From: Leptospiraceae bacterium
GTDB lineage: Bacteria; Spirochaetota; Leptospiria; Leptospirales; Leptonemataceae
Length of the DNA: 64,000 nucleotides
Direction: 5' to 3'
NCBI GenBank assembly: GCA_040217195.1
Contig: JAVJNR010000003.1
Location: 768,001 to 832,000, forward strand
Shown piece after piece: positions 40,287 through 50,134 of this stretch (the first letter of the stretch is position 1; each line of letters opens with the position of its first letter). A model generated the notes under the pieces. That model did not search any database, had not been told where the DNA came from, and saw nothing but the letters and a program-made list of their open reading frames with translations. A program made the translations under genes and the position numbers.

Positions 40287-40922
40287 TTAGATCAAATACC
40301 GAAGCTCTTCGGTCAATCGGGTTCTAAACTCTCGATTGCGAAATCGAATATCAGAGCTATCAATCAGAAACAGATTATGCACCTGAGCTTTCTCATCTGT
40401 AAAGATGGATGCTTCCAAAATACTGATGTCCATTAGATAGAATGCCTGAGAAAGAGCCAGCAGCAGACCGGCTTTGTCCTGACCTCGAACCTCAATAACA
40501 ACCTCTTCATCTAGATCGCGAATAAATACCTGACCTTCACCGTAGCCGATTTCAGGTCTGGGAGCTTCTCTGGCATGCTCGGTTAAATATCCAAGAACAG
40601 ACACTCCATCGAAGAGTAACCTTTCCAGGTCATCGATCATCATCTTCAATGCATTCTCATCCAGCTCCTGGCCAGACTCCCCTGCACGAATTAAAAATTC
40701 ATCGCTAATCAATGCGCGCTCAGGAGTATTAATTTTGGCCTCCATTACGCTCCAATTATGACAATAGAGCACCGCTGCCAGGCGAAACAATACGCCCACT
40801 TCATTTCCGTCGGATTCAATTTTTACCCTGTACCCGGCGGGCTCCTTCAGAACTCCCACGTCCAGTCGATGACCCGATCGACCGGCAACGCGAGAGAAAA
40901 TGGCTCTCTCTGAGGATTCCAT
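40287..40922 (-). CDS. stand-alone tandem ACT-domain protein (like the GlnD C-terminus)
   Basis: GVLFRLAAVL...EAKINT and DKAGLLLALSQAF...EASIFT ACT signatures; start at 40922 or 40943. Confidence 0.75.
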   Translation of the reverse strand: MESSERAIFSRVAGRSGHRLDVGVLKEPAGYRVKIESDGNEVGVLFRLAAVLYCHNWSVMEAKINTPERALISDEFLIRAGESGQELDENALKMMIDDLERLLFDGVSVLGYLTEHAREAPRPEIGYGEGQVFIRDLDEEVVIEVRGQDKAGLLLALSQAFYLMDISILEASIFTDEKAQVHNLFLIDSSDIRFRNREFRTRLTEELRYLI

Positions 40923-41257
40923 GACACTACGACTTCCTTCCATATTCCTAACATTCGTTATAGCTAGATCCATCTGCACAATGTGAATGAATCCGCATGC
41001 GAATATCTGCAATTGCTGTGCCAGGCCGCCCCGGAGATATACTGAAGAAACTGCAAGTTTTACGGGCATTCGGAGAAAAAGTTTTATAAATCTACTTAAT
41101 GAATGCCACTTTTTGTGGCACCTTGCCCGGTGAGAGTTTTGACGCACTGCAACATGGACCAGGATTTCCGGACGTCAGGTAACCAGCCTTTCGAATTTGC
41201 GTCTGCGTGTGTAACTCTAAAATCTCTGGAAAGCTACAGAATCATCCCGGCGCAATT

Positions 41258-42571
41258 TCATTTATAGGGGTTTTCTTCAGAGGCACCGGAGCCTCCAGGA
41301 GACCGAGGGGGAAGCAATCCATCGGGATCGGCATTGCCAGACTCTGTTTTTCTATCTGCAGTTGGCAATTTTCCAGAACCGCCACCCATTCGAATCTTTT
41401 CATAGCGAATACCAAATGCTGTGGTATTCGTGAGAAGATAGTCAGAAAGGGCCGTCAGATCATCATCGTTGCAGATGAATGCCAGCCCCAGACCAGGTTT
41501 ACCTTTTGCATCTTTTCTCTGATAGAGTCTCACTTCCGATGCACCTTGCTTCTCCAGCTCATCTAGAATGCCCGCCATCTTTTCCGGAGACGTGGGGCTC
41601 AACCCACATCGTACATCGTATTGAATGGAAACGTAGCCCTCTGGCTCTCGGCGAGACTCACTGTACAGTCCTGGATCAGTGGTTTTATCCAGCAGCACTA
41701 CGCGAAACAAGTTGGCGAATTCATCGGAATCAAACTTCCCTCCTCCAACGCCCATGTACCTGACTCGTCCTTCAGGCCAGGTAGGCAGGAATTGAGGATC
41801 TGTGGCTCTCAATATAGACAGCCCGGTGGGTGTGGAAAGCTCCCTCAAAGCATCCGAAAGATTGGCCTTTAAATTTTGTACGGGCAATCCCCTGAACAAT
41901 TCAGCTGTAGGGTGAACCGGATGTCTTTCTCCGTCATGCAACCCTCCTCCAGAACGCACCGGGGAAGCGTAGAAGGAGGTGGCTTCGCTTCGACGAAGGC
42001 AGTGGGCTGCAAAGACCGCATCAATAAGCAGGTCCACCACTTCCTCCGCTTCATAGAGGGATTGCAATGCTGGATCGTTTGGGTCGATGGCATCCTGCAG
42101 GGAATCTGGTTGTTTATATCCGGAGGGCTGAGCGGTTCCGATAGAATTCGCTTCGCTGGATACCACTGAAGAATTCTCTTCATTGACTCTGGCGGCCACT
42201 CCACGACCGGAATAGGGCTTTCCCATTCGCATGGAAGCATGGATTAAGAGCACTTCTCGGGCCAGTCGCAGGGTCTGGCTTTCCAGTGTCAGGCCTGCAA
42301 TGTATTCAATCATTTCGTACATTCGCAATCGACCATCGGCTCTGAAATGAAATCTCTGCTTCCAGGCATCGGAGGCTACATTAACTTCAAGATAAGAGCA
42401 GGGGATGCCCCTTCTTCGTGTTTCCTGAACTGCTATGGACACATCTGGAAGATTCAGTATCTCCAGAATATTATTCATTTCTCGCAAATCTACAATACCA
42501 GCATTCAAGAATGCTGCAGTAAACATGTCGCCGGCAATTCCACCAACGCTTTCCAGGTATAGGGTTTTCAT
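41258..42571 (-). CDS. LarC/DUF111-like protein, divergent
   Basis: GGIAGDM, ELSTPTG, GVGGG, NLFRV and TTAFGIR motifs of the LarC family. Confidence 0.78.
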   Translation of the reverse strand: MKTLYLESVGGIAGDMFTAAFLNAGIVDLREMNNILEILNLPDVSIAVQETRRRGIPCSYLEVNVASDAWKQRFHFRADGRLRMYEMIEYIAGLTLESQTLRLAREVLLIHASMRMGKPYSGRGVAARVNEENSSVVSSEANSIGTAQPSGYKQPDSLQDAIDPNDPALQSLYEAEEVVDLLIDAVFAAHCLRRSEATSFYASPVRSGGGLHDGERHPVHPTAELFRGLPVQNLKANLSDALRELSTPTGLSILRATDPQFLPTWPEGRVRYMGVGGGKFDSDEFANLFRVVLLDKTTDPGLYSESRREPEGYVSIQYDVRCGLSPTSPEKMAGILDELEKQGASEVRLYQRKDAKGKPGLGLAFICNDDDLTALSDYLLTNTTAFGIRYEKIRMGGGSGKLPTADRKTESGNADPDGLLPPRSPGGSGASEENPYK

Positions 42572-42629
42572 TAGCTGCTCCAGGCTGTGGCAGCATATTC
42601 CGGGATACCCGGACGAAGGCAAAGAGAAT

Positions 42630-43739
42630 TTAGCTTCGAATCCCGGGATGCGGATCCAGTATCAAGTTGTCACGATGGATTAATTCTATGCTTTCGGAAG
42701 TGGATTGGACCAGGGCTTCTGAAGGTATTGAGGCCAGCCCCCGGGCAATGACCATTCCGGTGGAATCCAGAACTTCCACAACATCGCCCTGACGAAAGCG
42801 ACCCTGCACATCGGTAACCCCGGCCGATAACAGCGAAGCACCTCTTTCCATTAATGCACTTCGGGCTCCGCCATCAATTATGAGTTTCCCTTCTCCGGGC
42901 ACGTACAGAATCCATTTTTTTCGAGCGGCCAGTCTTCTCTGCAAGTTCTGGGAAAAAGGAGGAATCAGAGTTCCCAGGTCTCTGCCTTCCATCAAAGAAC
43001 GAATTGGATGTTCCTGTTTGCCAGGAAGGATAGCTGTGAAATGACCTACCCTTTGACCCAATCGAGCCGCTTCCATTTTAGTTCTCATTCCTCCGCTGCC
43101 AGGCCCTGTGGGTCCGCCGGCATGAGAGAGTACTTCCTGGTCTACGTTTTCAATAAATGGAATTCTCTGCCCGTCTTTGAGAAATCCTTCAACGGTAGTC
43201 AGTATTATTAGACAGTCGGCATGAAATAATCCGGCGCAGGCTGCACTCAATAGATCATTATCACCAAATTTAAGCTCTTCTGTGGAAACCGTATCGTTTT
43301 CATTAATGATAGGAACAACATCCAGGGCCAGTAATTCATTGAGAGTATGGCCAATGTTTAAATAGGCCCGGCGATCACGAAAGTCCCTGGCTGAAAAAAG
43401 CAACTGGGCAATGTGAATTCCCGATTCTGCGAAAATCCTGGAATACTCCGAGATCAAATGCACCTGACCAATGGCAGCCAGGGCCTGTTTACGGGAAATG
43501 CCGGGTTCTGCCAGAGGAGCAAAATCCTTTCTTCTCTTGAGTACTTCGCGACCTGCTCCCACAGCTCCGGAAGAAACCAGGATCACCTGAACTCCGGACC
43601 TCTTAAGATACAACACTTCGCGGGCCAGTTTCTGGATCATATCCGGCCTGAAGCCTGACTCATCTGCCAGTAGGCCAGTGCCTATCTTAATGACAATACG
43701 ACGGCAATCATTCAGAGCTTTCAACTGATTCTGGCGCAT
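42630..43739 (-). CDS. proB: glutamate 5-kinase with PUA domain
   Basis: IVIKIGT, VSSGAV, AAIGQ, INEND, FGDNDLLSA and GSGGMRTK motifs. Confidence 0.97.
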   Translation of the reverse strand: MRQNQLKALNDCRRIVIKIGTGLLADESGFRPDMIQKLAREVLYLKRSGVQVILVSSGAVGAGREVLKRRKDFAPLAEPGISRKQALAAIGQVHLISEYSRIFAESGIHIAQLLFSARDFRDRRAYLNIGHTLNELLALDVVPIINENDTVSTEELKFGDNDLLSAACAGLFHADCLIILTTVEGFLKDGQRIPFIENVDQEVLSHAGGPTGPGSGGMRTKMEAARLGQRVGHFTAILPGKQEHPIRSLMEGRDLGTLIPPFSQNLQRRLAARKKWILYVPGEGKLIIDGGARSALMERGASLLSAGVTDVQGRFRQGDVVEVLDSTGMVIARGLASIPSEALVQSTSESIELIHRDNLILDPHPGIRS

Positions 43740-44772
43740 TCAGCGATATCATCCTTTCGGCCTGAGTGATCTGGGGAAAGCAGGCAAATAGCTTCTCCTG
43801 GAATTCCTTTAGACCGGATTCTTCCTTTGCAGAAATAAAAACAATATCTTCAGCCAGACCCTGCATTTCTTCTCGAAGAGCCTCCGCCAACTCCGATGCG
43901 AAATCCTCATCGTAGTTGATTTCATCCAGCTTGTTTAGAATAATAAATCCGGGGCGTTCAGTAAGCTCTGGATTGTAATGCTTGAGTTCCATCCGCAGCA
44001 TTCTCAGATCCGCAGCCGGATCTACTGAAGTTAGATCCAGTATGTAGATTATTACTCGAACTCGTTCAATATGCCTTAGAAAGGACAGACCCAGACCGGC
44101 CCCCTTCGAGGCGCCCTCTATAATACCAGGGATGTCTGCCATTAGAATTCGGCGGTGCTCATCGTTTTCCAGTACACCCAGATTCGGATTCAGGGTTGTA
44201 AATGCATAGGCACCAACCTTTGCTTGATTGGCCGTAACTTTAGATAATAGAGTGGACTTTCCAGCGTTGGGTAATCCAACCAGCCCTGCATCTGCGATGA
44301 GCTTAAGGTTTAACTGAATGCGTTTTTCTTCGCCAGGTAAGCCTGGCTGAGCATATTCCGGGGCCTGGTTAATGGAGTTGGCAAAACGAGCGTTTCCCTG
44401 GCCTCCCAGGCCTCCCCGGGCTGCGATGACGCTGGATTCGGGCAGATTTAGATCCGCTATGATCTCATCTGTGTCTGCATCGGTAACTACGGTGCCCACC
44501 GGAACCTGTAGAGTTAGATGTTCACCATCGGAGCCACTACGATTCCTTTTTTGCCCGGCTTGTCCCGGACGAGCTGAATAGACTTTTTTACTTCTATATT
44601 TGCCTAGAGTGGATACTCGATTAGTGGCAATGAATTGAACAGAGCCTCCGTGACCACCATCGCCGCCATCAGGGCCGCCTTTGGGTACGTACTTAGCTCT
44701 ATGAAAACTGACTGCGCCGGCTCCGCCATGCCCACCTCGAATGAGGATCTCTATCGAGTCGATGAATTTCAA
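43708..44772 (-). CDS. obgE: GTPase Obg
   Basis: PKGGPDGGDGG, GLPNAGKST, FTTLNPNLG, DIPGIIEGAS, NKLD motifs. Confidence 0.97.
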   Translation of the reverse strand: MKFIDSIEILIRGGHGGAGAVSFHRAKYVPKGGPDGGDGGHGGSVQFIATNRVSTLGKYRSKKVYSARPGQAGQKRNRSGSDGEHLTLQVPVGTVVTDADTDEIIADLNLPESSVIAARGGLGGQGNARFANSINQAPEYAQPGLPGEEKRIQLNLKLIADAGLVGLPNAGKSTLLSKVTANQAKVGAYAFTTLNPNLGVLENDEHRRILMADIPGIIEGASKGAGLGLSFLRHIERVRVIIYILDLTSVDPAADLRMLRMELKHYNPELTERPGFIILNKLDEINYDEDFASELAEALREEMQGLAEDIVFISAKEESGLKEFQEKLFACFPQITQAERMISLNAPESVESSE

Positions 44773-44798
44773 GGGTCACGGAGCCAGCTTGGGCTGCT

Positions 44799-45056
44799 TC
44801 AGGAAGCAGGAACGATGGATACTTTTTTTCTGGAACGATTGATGTGTGCGAACTGCACTCTACCATCAACCAGAGCAAAAAGAGTATGATCTCGGCCCAG
44901 GCCTACGCCCTCACCGGGATGAATTCTGGTGCCGCGCTGACGAACAATAATGTTACCTGCACGAACTACCTGACCACCGAAGATTTTTGTGCCCAGCCTC
45001 TGGGAGTTACTGTCTCTACCGTTTTTTGTGGAACCGCCACCTTTCTTATGCGCCAT
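44799..45056 (-). CDS. rpmA: 50S ribosomal protein L27
   Basis: [30 protein letters not shown]. Confidence 0.98.
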   Translation of the reverse strand: MAHKKGGGSTKNGRDSNSQRLGTKIFGGQVVRAGNIIVRQRGTRIHPGEGVGLGRDHTLFALVDGRVQFAHINRSRKKVSIVPAS

Positions 45057-45372
45057 CTTCTTTTCTCCTGATCTGTAGCCGGTCCGGATATTGCCGGGAC
45101 AATTTACTCAAAGTATGCATCACCGTGGCAAAAATTAGCTCGGTGTTTGCATTCCCTTCGGACCTGAGCTCCAGAAAAAAGTCGCCATCTTCCTGGCTTG
45201 AGCGAGTCTCCTGATTCAGAATCTCCTGAATCCCATCTCGCAATGTGTAGGTTAGAGCACTTACAGCTGCACAGAGCACATCCGCTCCCTTGCTTGCCAG
45301 GCCTGCATGACCTGTTATGTGAACGGCTCGAACCTTTTGATTATCATCTGTCCAGAATTGGACTTCAATCAA
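45046..45372 (-). CDS. prp: ribosomal-processing cysteine protease Prp family
   Basis: GHAG...DVLCAAVS His/Cys dyad; located between rplU and rpmA. Confidence 0.9.
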   Translation of the reverse strand: MIEVQFWTDDNQKVRAVHITGHAGLASKGADVLCAAVSALTYTLRDGIQEILNQETRSSQEDGDFFLELRSEGNANTELIFATVMHTLSKLSRQYPDRLQIRRKEDGA

Positions 45373-45680
45373 TTCTTAATCTCGACCACCTGCAGTTTTT
45401 GAAGATCCTGACGATGTCCCCAGGATTTTCTGTAGGTAGTTTTGGCCTTGTATTTGAACCCTTTAATCTTAGGTCCTCGAATATCTTCCAGAACCTTCAG
45501 CTTTACAGAAGCTCCAGAAACGAAAGGCTGACCTACTTTTAGATCAGAACCTTCTCCAACGGCCAGAATGGACTCGCAGGAAAGATCTTTTCCAGGCTCA
45601 GTTCCGGTACGTTCCGAAACGAATACCTGATCTTTACTCACTCGGTGCTGTTTTCCTGCCAGTTCAATAATTGCATACAT
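45369..45680 (-). CDS. rplU: 50S ribosomal protein L21
   Basis: MYAIIELAGKQHRV and GHRQ motifs; GAGG RBS. Confidence 0.97.
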   Translation of the reverse strand: MYAIIELAGKQHRVSKDQVFVSERTGTEPGKDLSCESILAVGEGSDLKVGQPFVSGASVKLKVLEDIRGPKIKGFKYKAKTTYRKSWGHRQDLQKLQVVEIKN

Positions 45681-46036
45681 GATGGCTACCTCGCAAAGTG
45701 CAGGTTCCGGGGCGCCTGTACCGGGTCAACCAGAAATACCGAAAAGTGCCTGAATCAGGCTCTGAGAGCGGTCTGACGGCCTTATGGAAGTCGGGAAGAT
45801 GCCTTCAAAAGTGCAGGCACCCACTGAAAGCCACGGGACTCACCCTAAAGAAAGCTGGCTACGCAGAGGCGGCTTTCGAAAAAACGATGGCGACCCAGAC
45901 TATGGATCCAAACGGATAAACCAGCCCGGAAAATGGATCTGCAGGAAAATCGGACCAACCCTCCCCCCCAGGACCGTGGACTCATCAGACCCATCCCGGG
46001 ATTTCAGCATTAAGAATGAGAACCAGGTCCCGGCAA

Positions 46037-46660
46037 TCAGTCCTGAGGAACCGGAACTTGCAGAGAGGTTTTCAGATACGGAGCTTCTGGACTGGAAAAA
46101 ATGTCATTCAATTCCATCTCCTTCAATCTCTCAATATCCTTATCATCCAGGCTGTAATTCAAGACTGAATGCCTCTTATTGGCGGGCACCATAAATACCA
46201 CATACACCGCAACACTCTGTCCTGGCTCCAGTTCGCGGTAATGATTGCCGGAACCATTTCCCGAGGAAATACTTGTGCCGTTAGCGATGTCGAACCAGAA
46301 TGCAGACAAACCGCAGCAGGGATCAAAGCCCTTTGCAGAAGGCGGTAGCTTCCCGGGTTCACCATCAAGTGTGGCTTCCATCAGCGGCTCCCCAATAAAC
46401 TGCATTAGAGATACGGCTACCGGGGCGGAGGATTCGTTCTTGAATACAACCTGGTACTGAACGTAGTGAACGGATGGATCTTTAGTAGTATAGGTTCCTA
46501 CTTCAGTGGTATAGCTACGCCCCAGGTCCTCTACGGAAGCGATTCCAATAGTCAAGGATTGGGATTTTGCCTCTGTCTTTAGTTTTTCCGGTACCGAAGC
46601 GCACTGTATAGAAAAAACACTAATTATCGATAATAGTAACAATCTATAAGTCATAACCAA
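46037..46660 (-). CDS. lipoprotein, DUF4352-like Ig fold
   Basis: VFSIQC lipobox; VVFKNES...ELEPGQS.AVYVVFMVP pattern. Confidence 0.65.
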   Translation of the reverse strand: MVMTYRLLLLSIISVFSIQCASVPEKLKTEAKSQSLTIGIASVEDLGRSYTTEVGTYTTKDPSVHYVQYQVVFKNESSAPVAVSLMQFIGEPLMEATLDGEPGKLPPSAKGFDPCCGLSAFWFDIANGTSISSGNGSGNHYRELEPGQSVAVYVVFMVPANKRHSVLNYSLDDKDIERLKEMELNDIFSSPEAPYLKTSLQVPVPQD

Positions 46661-46772
46661 TGGAAATCAGTCACTAACCGAGTGTAAAGTGAAAATAATC
46701 TCATGCAGAGTCTGTGTCCAGGAAGGAAGCGAGACACTGTAAGATCCAAGGGATTGGCGAAATTCTAACAGA

Positions 46773-46793
46773 GGCCGCTCGGTTTGAGCGGCC
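46773..46793 (-). terminator. probable terminator hairpin
   Basis: GGCCGCTC-GGTTT-GAGCGGCC, 13 nt past the stop at 46807; weak U tract. Confidence 0.5.
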
Positions 46794-46806
46794 CGTTAAG
46801 ACAGTA

Positions 46807-47034
46807 TTAATCGTCGTGTTTTGCGAAGGTTTCGGGACAAATCTCCAGCATGGTATCTTCATCCTCTTCCAGAATCGCAGTGGCTACTCGCTCAGCGAAT
46901 GCATCACTTTCAATGTCATAGCCACGGCCGTTAGCCTCGATAAGACACTCTTCGAGAATCTTTTCTCCTTCATCGGCGTACAGGCCACTAGTAATTATCA
47001 GAGCCATTAAGGCTACTGTCAGGATACGTTTCAT
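46807..47034 (-). CDS. small acidic secreted protein (75 aa)
   Basis: AGGAG RBS, MKRILTVALMALIITSGLYA signal peptide, two Cys. Confidence 0.75.
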   Translation of the reverse strand: MKRILTVALMALIITSGLYADEGEKILEECLIEANGRGYDIESDAFAERVATAILEEDEDTMLEICPETFAKHDD

Positions 47035-47285
47035 TTTGTATCTCCTACCCGGTCTCTTTGAATGGAGGCCGCCCGGGCGCGCGGCCTGACTATATGGACG
47101 CAGAACTGTCTGGCCGGGATACTTTTTTTCTAGTACTCGGTGATGCATTTTAGCGACCATCGATCCCACTTCCATGCGGTAACTGGCTTGATTCGAAACG
47201 AGGTGGTTTCGGGACGGTTAAATTCCAAAAACTCCCCGGGGGCAATCGTTACCCGTCGGCCTTCCTGATCCCCCCCTGACTCGGT

Positions 47286-48279
47286 TTATGGACTCCAGAG
47301 GTCATTATCTGCAGCCCACTTCTGCCATAAATTCAGGTCCGAACCCAGGTCCTTCCCAGAAATGGCCTTCAAGGCCTCAATGGCCTCGACTCTCCCATCG
47401 TAAGTCTTCTTCGGGTAGCGCTGGTCCATTCGTTCCATAAACCGCAGTATATGCGGAACCGATTCCACTTTCTTGAAGTGCTTGAATGCTTTCATTGCAA
47501 CAAAAACCATCTTGTAGTCTTGTATCATGTTTATACGAGGCATTAGTTTGTGCAGCGGCTGCAACACTCGTTCATCGTTCCACCGTAGCAATAATCGGGC
47601 CTGATCGCTAGAGGGAAGCGGAGTTTCCAGCTGACGTAGCAAATAGGGGGCACTACTACGAATATCCTTCTTATCGATAAAGCGAAGAATAGCAGCCTGC
47701 CAGTATCTGTCTTGAACCTGGACAAGCGAAACAAAATTCTCTTCCGGTACACGATTCCAGAGTAATGAGATCCAGGCATCGTAGTAAGCACCAGTTGGAG
47801 AGAAGGTACTGGCGAAGGGAGCGTCCTTTTCTTCATAGCCGCCCAACACACCATCGTCCCGGAACGCGATTCGAGACGGCTCCCGAAGGTGCTGAAATCG
47901 TAGAATCATTGCCGGTTGCCCGGCCAAATCGACCCTCAATCGTCCGCTGGTTTCGGCACCGGTGTATTTATAAAAACTGCCGCTTCCATCCATGGACGAA
48001 TAGGTGGCTCCGATGGGCCTGGATGTAGTAAATACCTTAATGCGATAATCGCTATCGTCGCAACTTACTACTTCAATACCTAGCTGGTTCATGATTTCCC
48101 GGGGAACCTGAAGATAGGGAATCCCCTCCACACCGGCGAAGTCCCGGCTTTCCGTCCGTTCAATGCAAATCCTGCTGATACCGTTGCAACGCTTCCGGTG
48201 GCAACGGGTTTTCGATTCGGGCAGATGCACATGACAGGGCGAACAAACTGCACATCATTAATATAATGCAGTATCTCAT
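47286..48279 (-). pseudogene. frameshifted lipoprotein gene with C-terminal HEAT-like helices
   Basis: Signal-peptide frame 48279..48160 (MRYCIILMMCSLFALSC...QQDLH*) stops; the body continues in another frame to 47286 and ends EAIEALKAISGKDLGSDLNLWQKW. Confidence 0.6.
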
Positions 48280-48426
48280 TTAACTGACATACAATTTCCT
48301 TACACTATAGCAAGCCTTTTACCCGATGCACTCTGGCGGGTTTAACGCCAGAAAGACTCAGTTCACCGTCATTTGGAGGATACTTTTTTTGTTTGCCAGC
48401 AATGCCCATGGATCAGGCTGGATATT

Positions 48427-49452
48427 ATGCGTGTCCATCCCTACGAATCCGTGCCTGAGTTCGAAGATCTGGGGGAAGGGATATTTAGAGCGAAGATTCC
48501 GCAGCCTTTTTACGAAGATAACAACATCTACCTTATTGATTCCGGGGAGCCAGTTCTAATCGATAGCGGTTACGTTCAGAACCTGGGATTGCTACAGAGA
48601 GCTCTGCGGAGGATAGGATACAGCCTACACCATATTAAGAAAATCTTCTACACTCATGACCACATAGACCATATCAGCGCCGCGCTAGTAATGCGTAGCT
48701 ATTCAAATGCCAGACTCTATGGCATGGTAGGTATGGCCGCTCACGTAGGAGACTATCGCGACCATATGCTTCGATTTCAGAGAGCCAACAATAGGCTCAT
48801 CTACAAATCCCAGGCAGACCACGATCAAAGAAGAACCCTTGCTCGAAAGTCGGAGAATTCATTCATTCGTTTTCTAGATGCTGTGGAAATGGACCATAAA
48901 GTGGATCCAGTACTTCACATGGATGTGGAACTGCAGGAAGGGGATGTTATTCCCATCGGGGACCGGGAACTGGGTTTCCTTTACACCCCGGGCCACAACC
49001 AATGGCATCTAACTCCGTATCTGGTGGGCGAAGGTATCTATTTCACCGGGGACCTTGTATTGCAAAATGTCTCTGCAGTGTATGCTGAGCTCGATGGAAA
49101 TCTGAGTCATTATCAAGAATCCCTGAATCGTCTTTTAAACCTTCCCATTCGCAGGCTCATGCCCGCCCATTTTGATGAGCCAGATAAACCTCAAAGAGCC
49201 ATCAAGCTACTGATTCGCACAATTGGAATACTGGAGAGGGGCGTAAAAAATCGACTGAAAGAGGGATTCATTGATTTACGAGATTTGACCATCCAGGCTA
49301 TGGGCGAAAAGATCGAAGAACGTGGACACTATGCTACAGCCCTGGCAGTGATGCATTCATTCATCGACAAGTTCAATCGCGAAGGGCACATCCAGATCCA
49401 GGAAATGGACCCTCCCTATGAGAAGTACGCCTGGGTGGATTCGAAGGATTAG
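48427..49452 (+). CDS. metallo-beta-lactamase-fold hydrolase
   Basis: LIDSG, THDHIDH, TPGH, FTGD and MPAH motifs. Confidence 0.92.
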   Translation: MRVHPYESVPEFEDLGEGIFRAKIPQPFYEDNNIYLIDSGEPVLIDSGYVQNLGLLQRALRRIGYSLHHIKKIFYTHDHIDHISAALVMRSYSNARLYGMVGMAAHVGDYRDHMLRFQRANNRLIYKSQADHDQRRTLARKSENSFIRFLDAVEMDHKVDPVLHMDVELQEGDVIPIGDRELGFLYTPGHNQWHLTPYLVGEGIYFTGDLVLQNVSAVYAELDGNLSHYQESLNRLLNLPIRRLMPAHFDEPDKPQRAIKLLIRTIGILERGVKNRLKEGFIDLRDLTIQAMGEKIEERGHYATALAVMHSFIDKFNREGHIQIQEMDPPYEKYAWVDSKD

Positions 49453-49579
49453 CCGAAAACCAGAGACAAAATGATGCGAAATAACCTGTATACCGAAGAA
49501 TAGGCCGCAAGAATTCTTCATTTTGGACCAGGTTCTTCGATTTTGCTTGCCAGCCCACCTTTCTCCCTATTATAGATGC

Positions 49580-49987
49580 ATGGCTTTTCTTGAAAATGTA
49601 CTTGGTGAACTTTCCGGCGGAGGCGCAGATCTTGGTGGTCTCGACGTTGGATCTGTTGCCAAATCACTTCTTTCTTCCGGCGGAGGCAATTCTCGCATAG
49701 ATACCATTGTCTCCGTATTAAAACAAAATGGCATGGAGGACAAAGTTTCCTCATGGATAAGCAATGGTGCCAATGCAAGTGTAGATCCCTCAGAGATTGA
49801 AGGAGCACTGGATAGCGGTACCATATCCGACCTTTCCAGCGAACTAGGTATTGATACTTCGAAGGTAGCACCTATTCTTGCAATGCTTCTTCCGGTTATC
49901 ATTAATCAGCTCACGCCAGATGGACAGCAGTCCGCAGACGGATCCCTACTAAAGACCGGGATGAGTGTGCTGAAAGGCTTCATGTAA
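49580..49987 (+). CDS. YidB/DUF937 family protein
   Basis: GMEDKVSSWISNGAN and LPVIINQLTPDG motifs. Confidence 0.88.
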   Translation: MAFLENVLGELSGGGADLGGLDVGSVAKSLLSSGGGNSRIDTIVSVLKQNGMEDKVSSWISNGANASVDPSEIEGALDSGTISDLSSELGIDTSKVAPILAMLLPVIINQLTPDGQQSADGSLLKTGMSVLKGFM

Positions 49988-49994
49988 AATCGCT

Positions 49995-50016
49995 TGAGGC
50001 CGAGAGATCGGCCTCA
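49995..50016. terminator. hairpin between convergent genes
   Basis: TGAGGCCGA-GAGA-TCGGCCTCA, a 9-bp stem just after the yidB-like stop; no strong U tract. Confidence 0.45.
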
Positions 50017-50134
50017 GCAACTTTCCTGGCTGGCTCTTCGCTCTTGCTCCTTTATGGCCGGGTGCGATTTCGCCGAATTTCTGACTTGATTCGCATTGAT
50101 TCGCATTCGTCGCGAATGCACATTTCTGCGTCGC

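Noticed and set aside
45698..46194. Plus-strand ORFs upstream of rplU
   Set aside because: No recognisable features; they overlap the rplU promoter region and an opposite-strand gene
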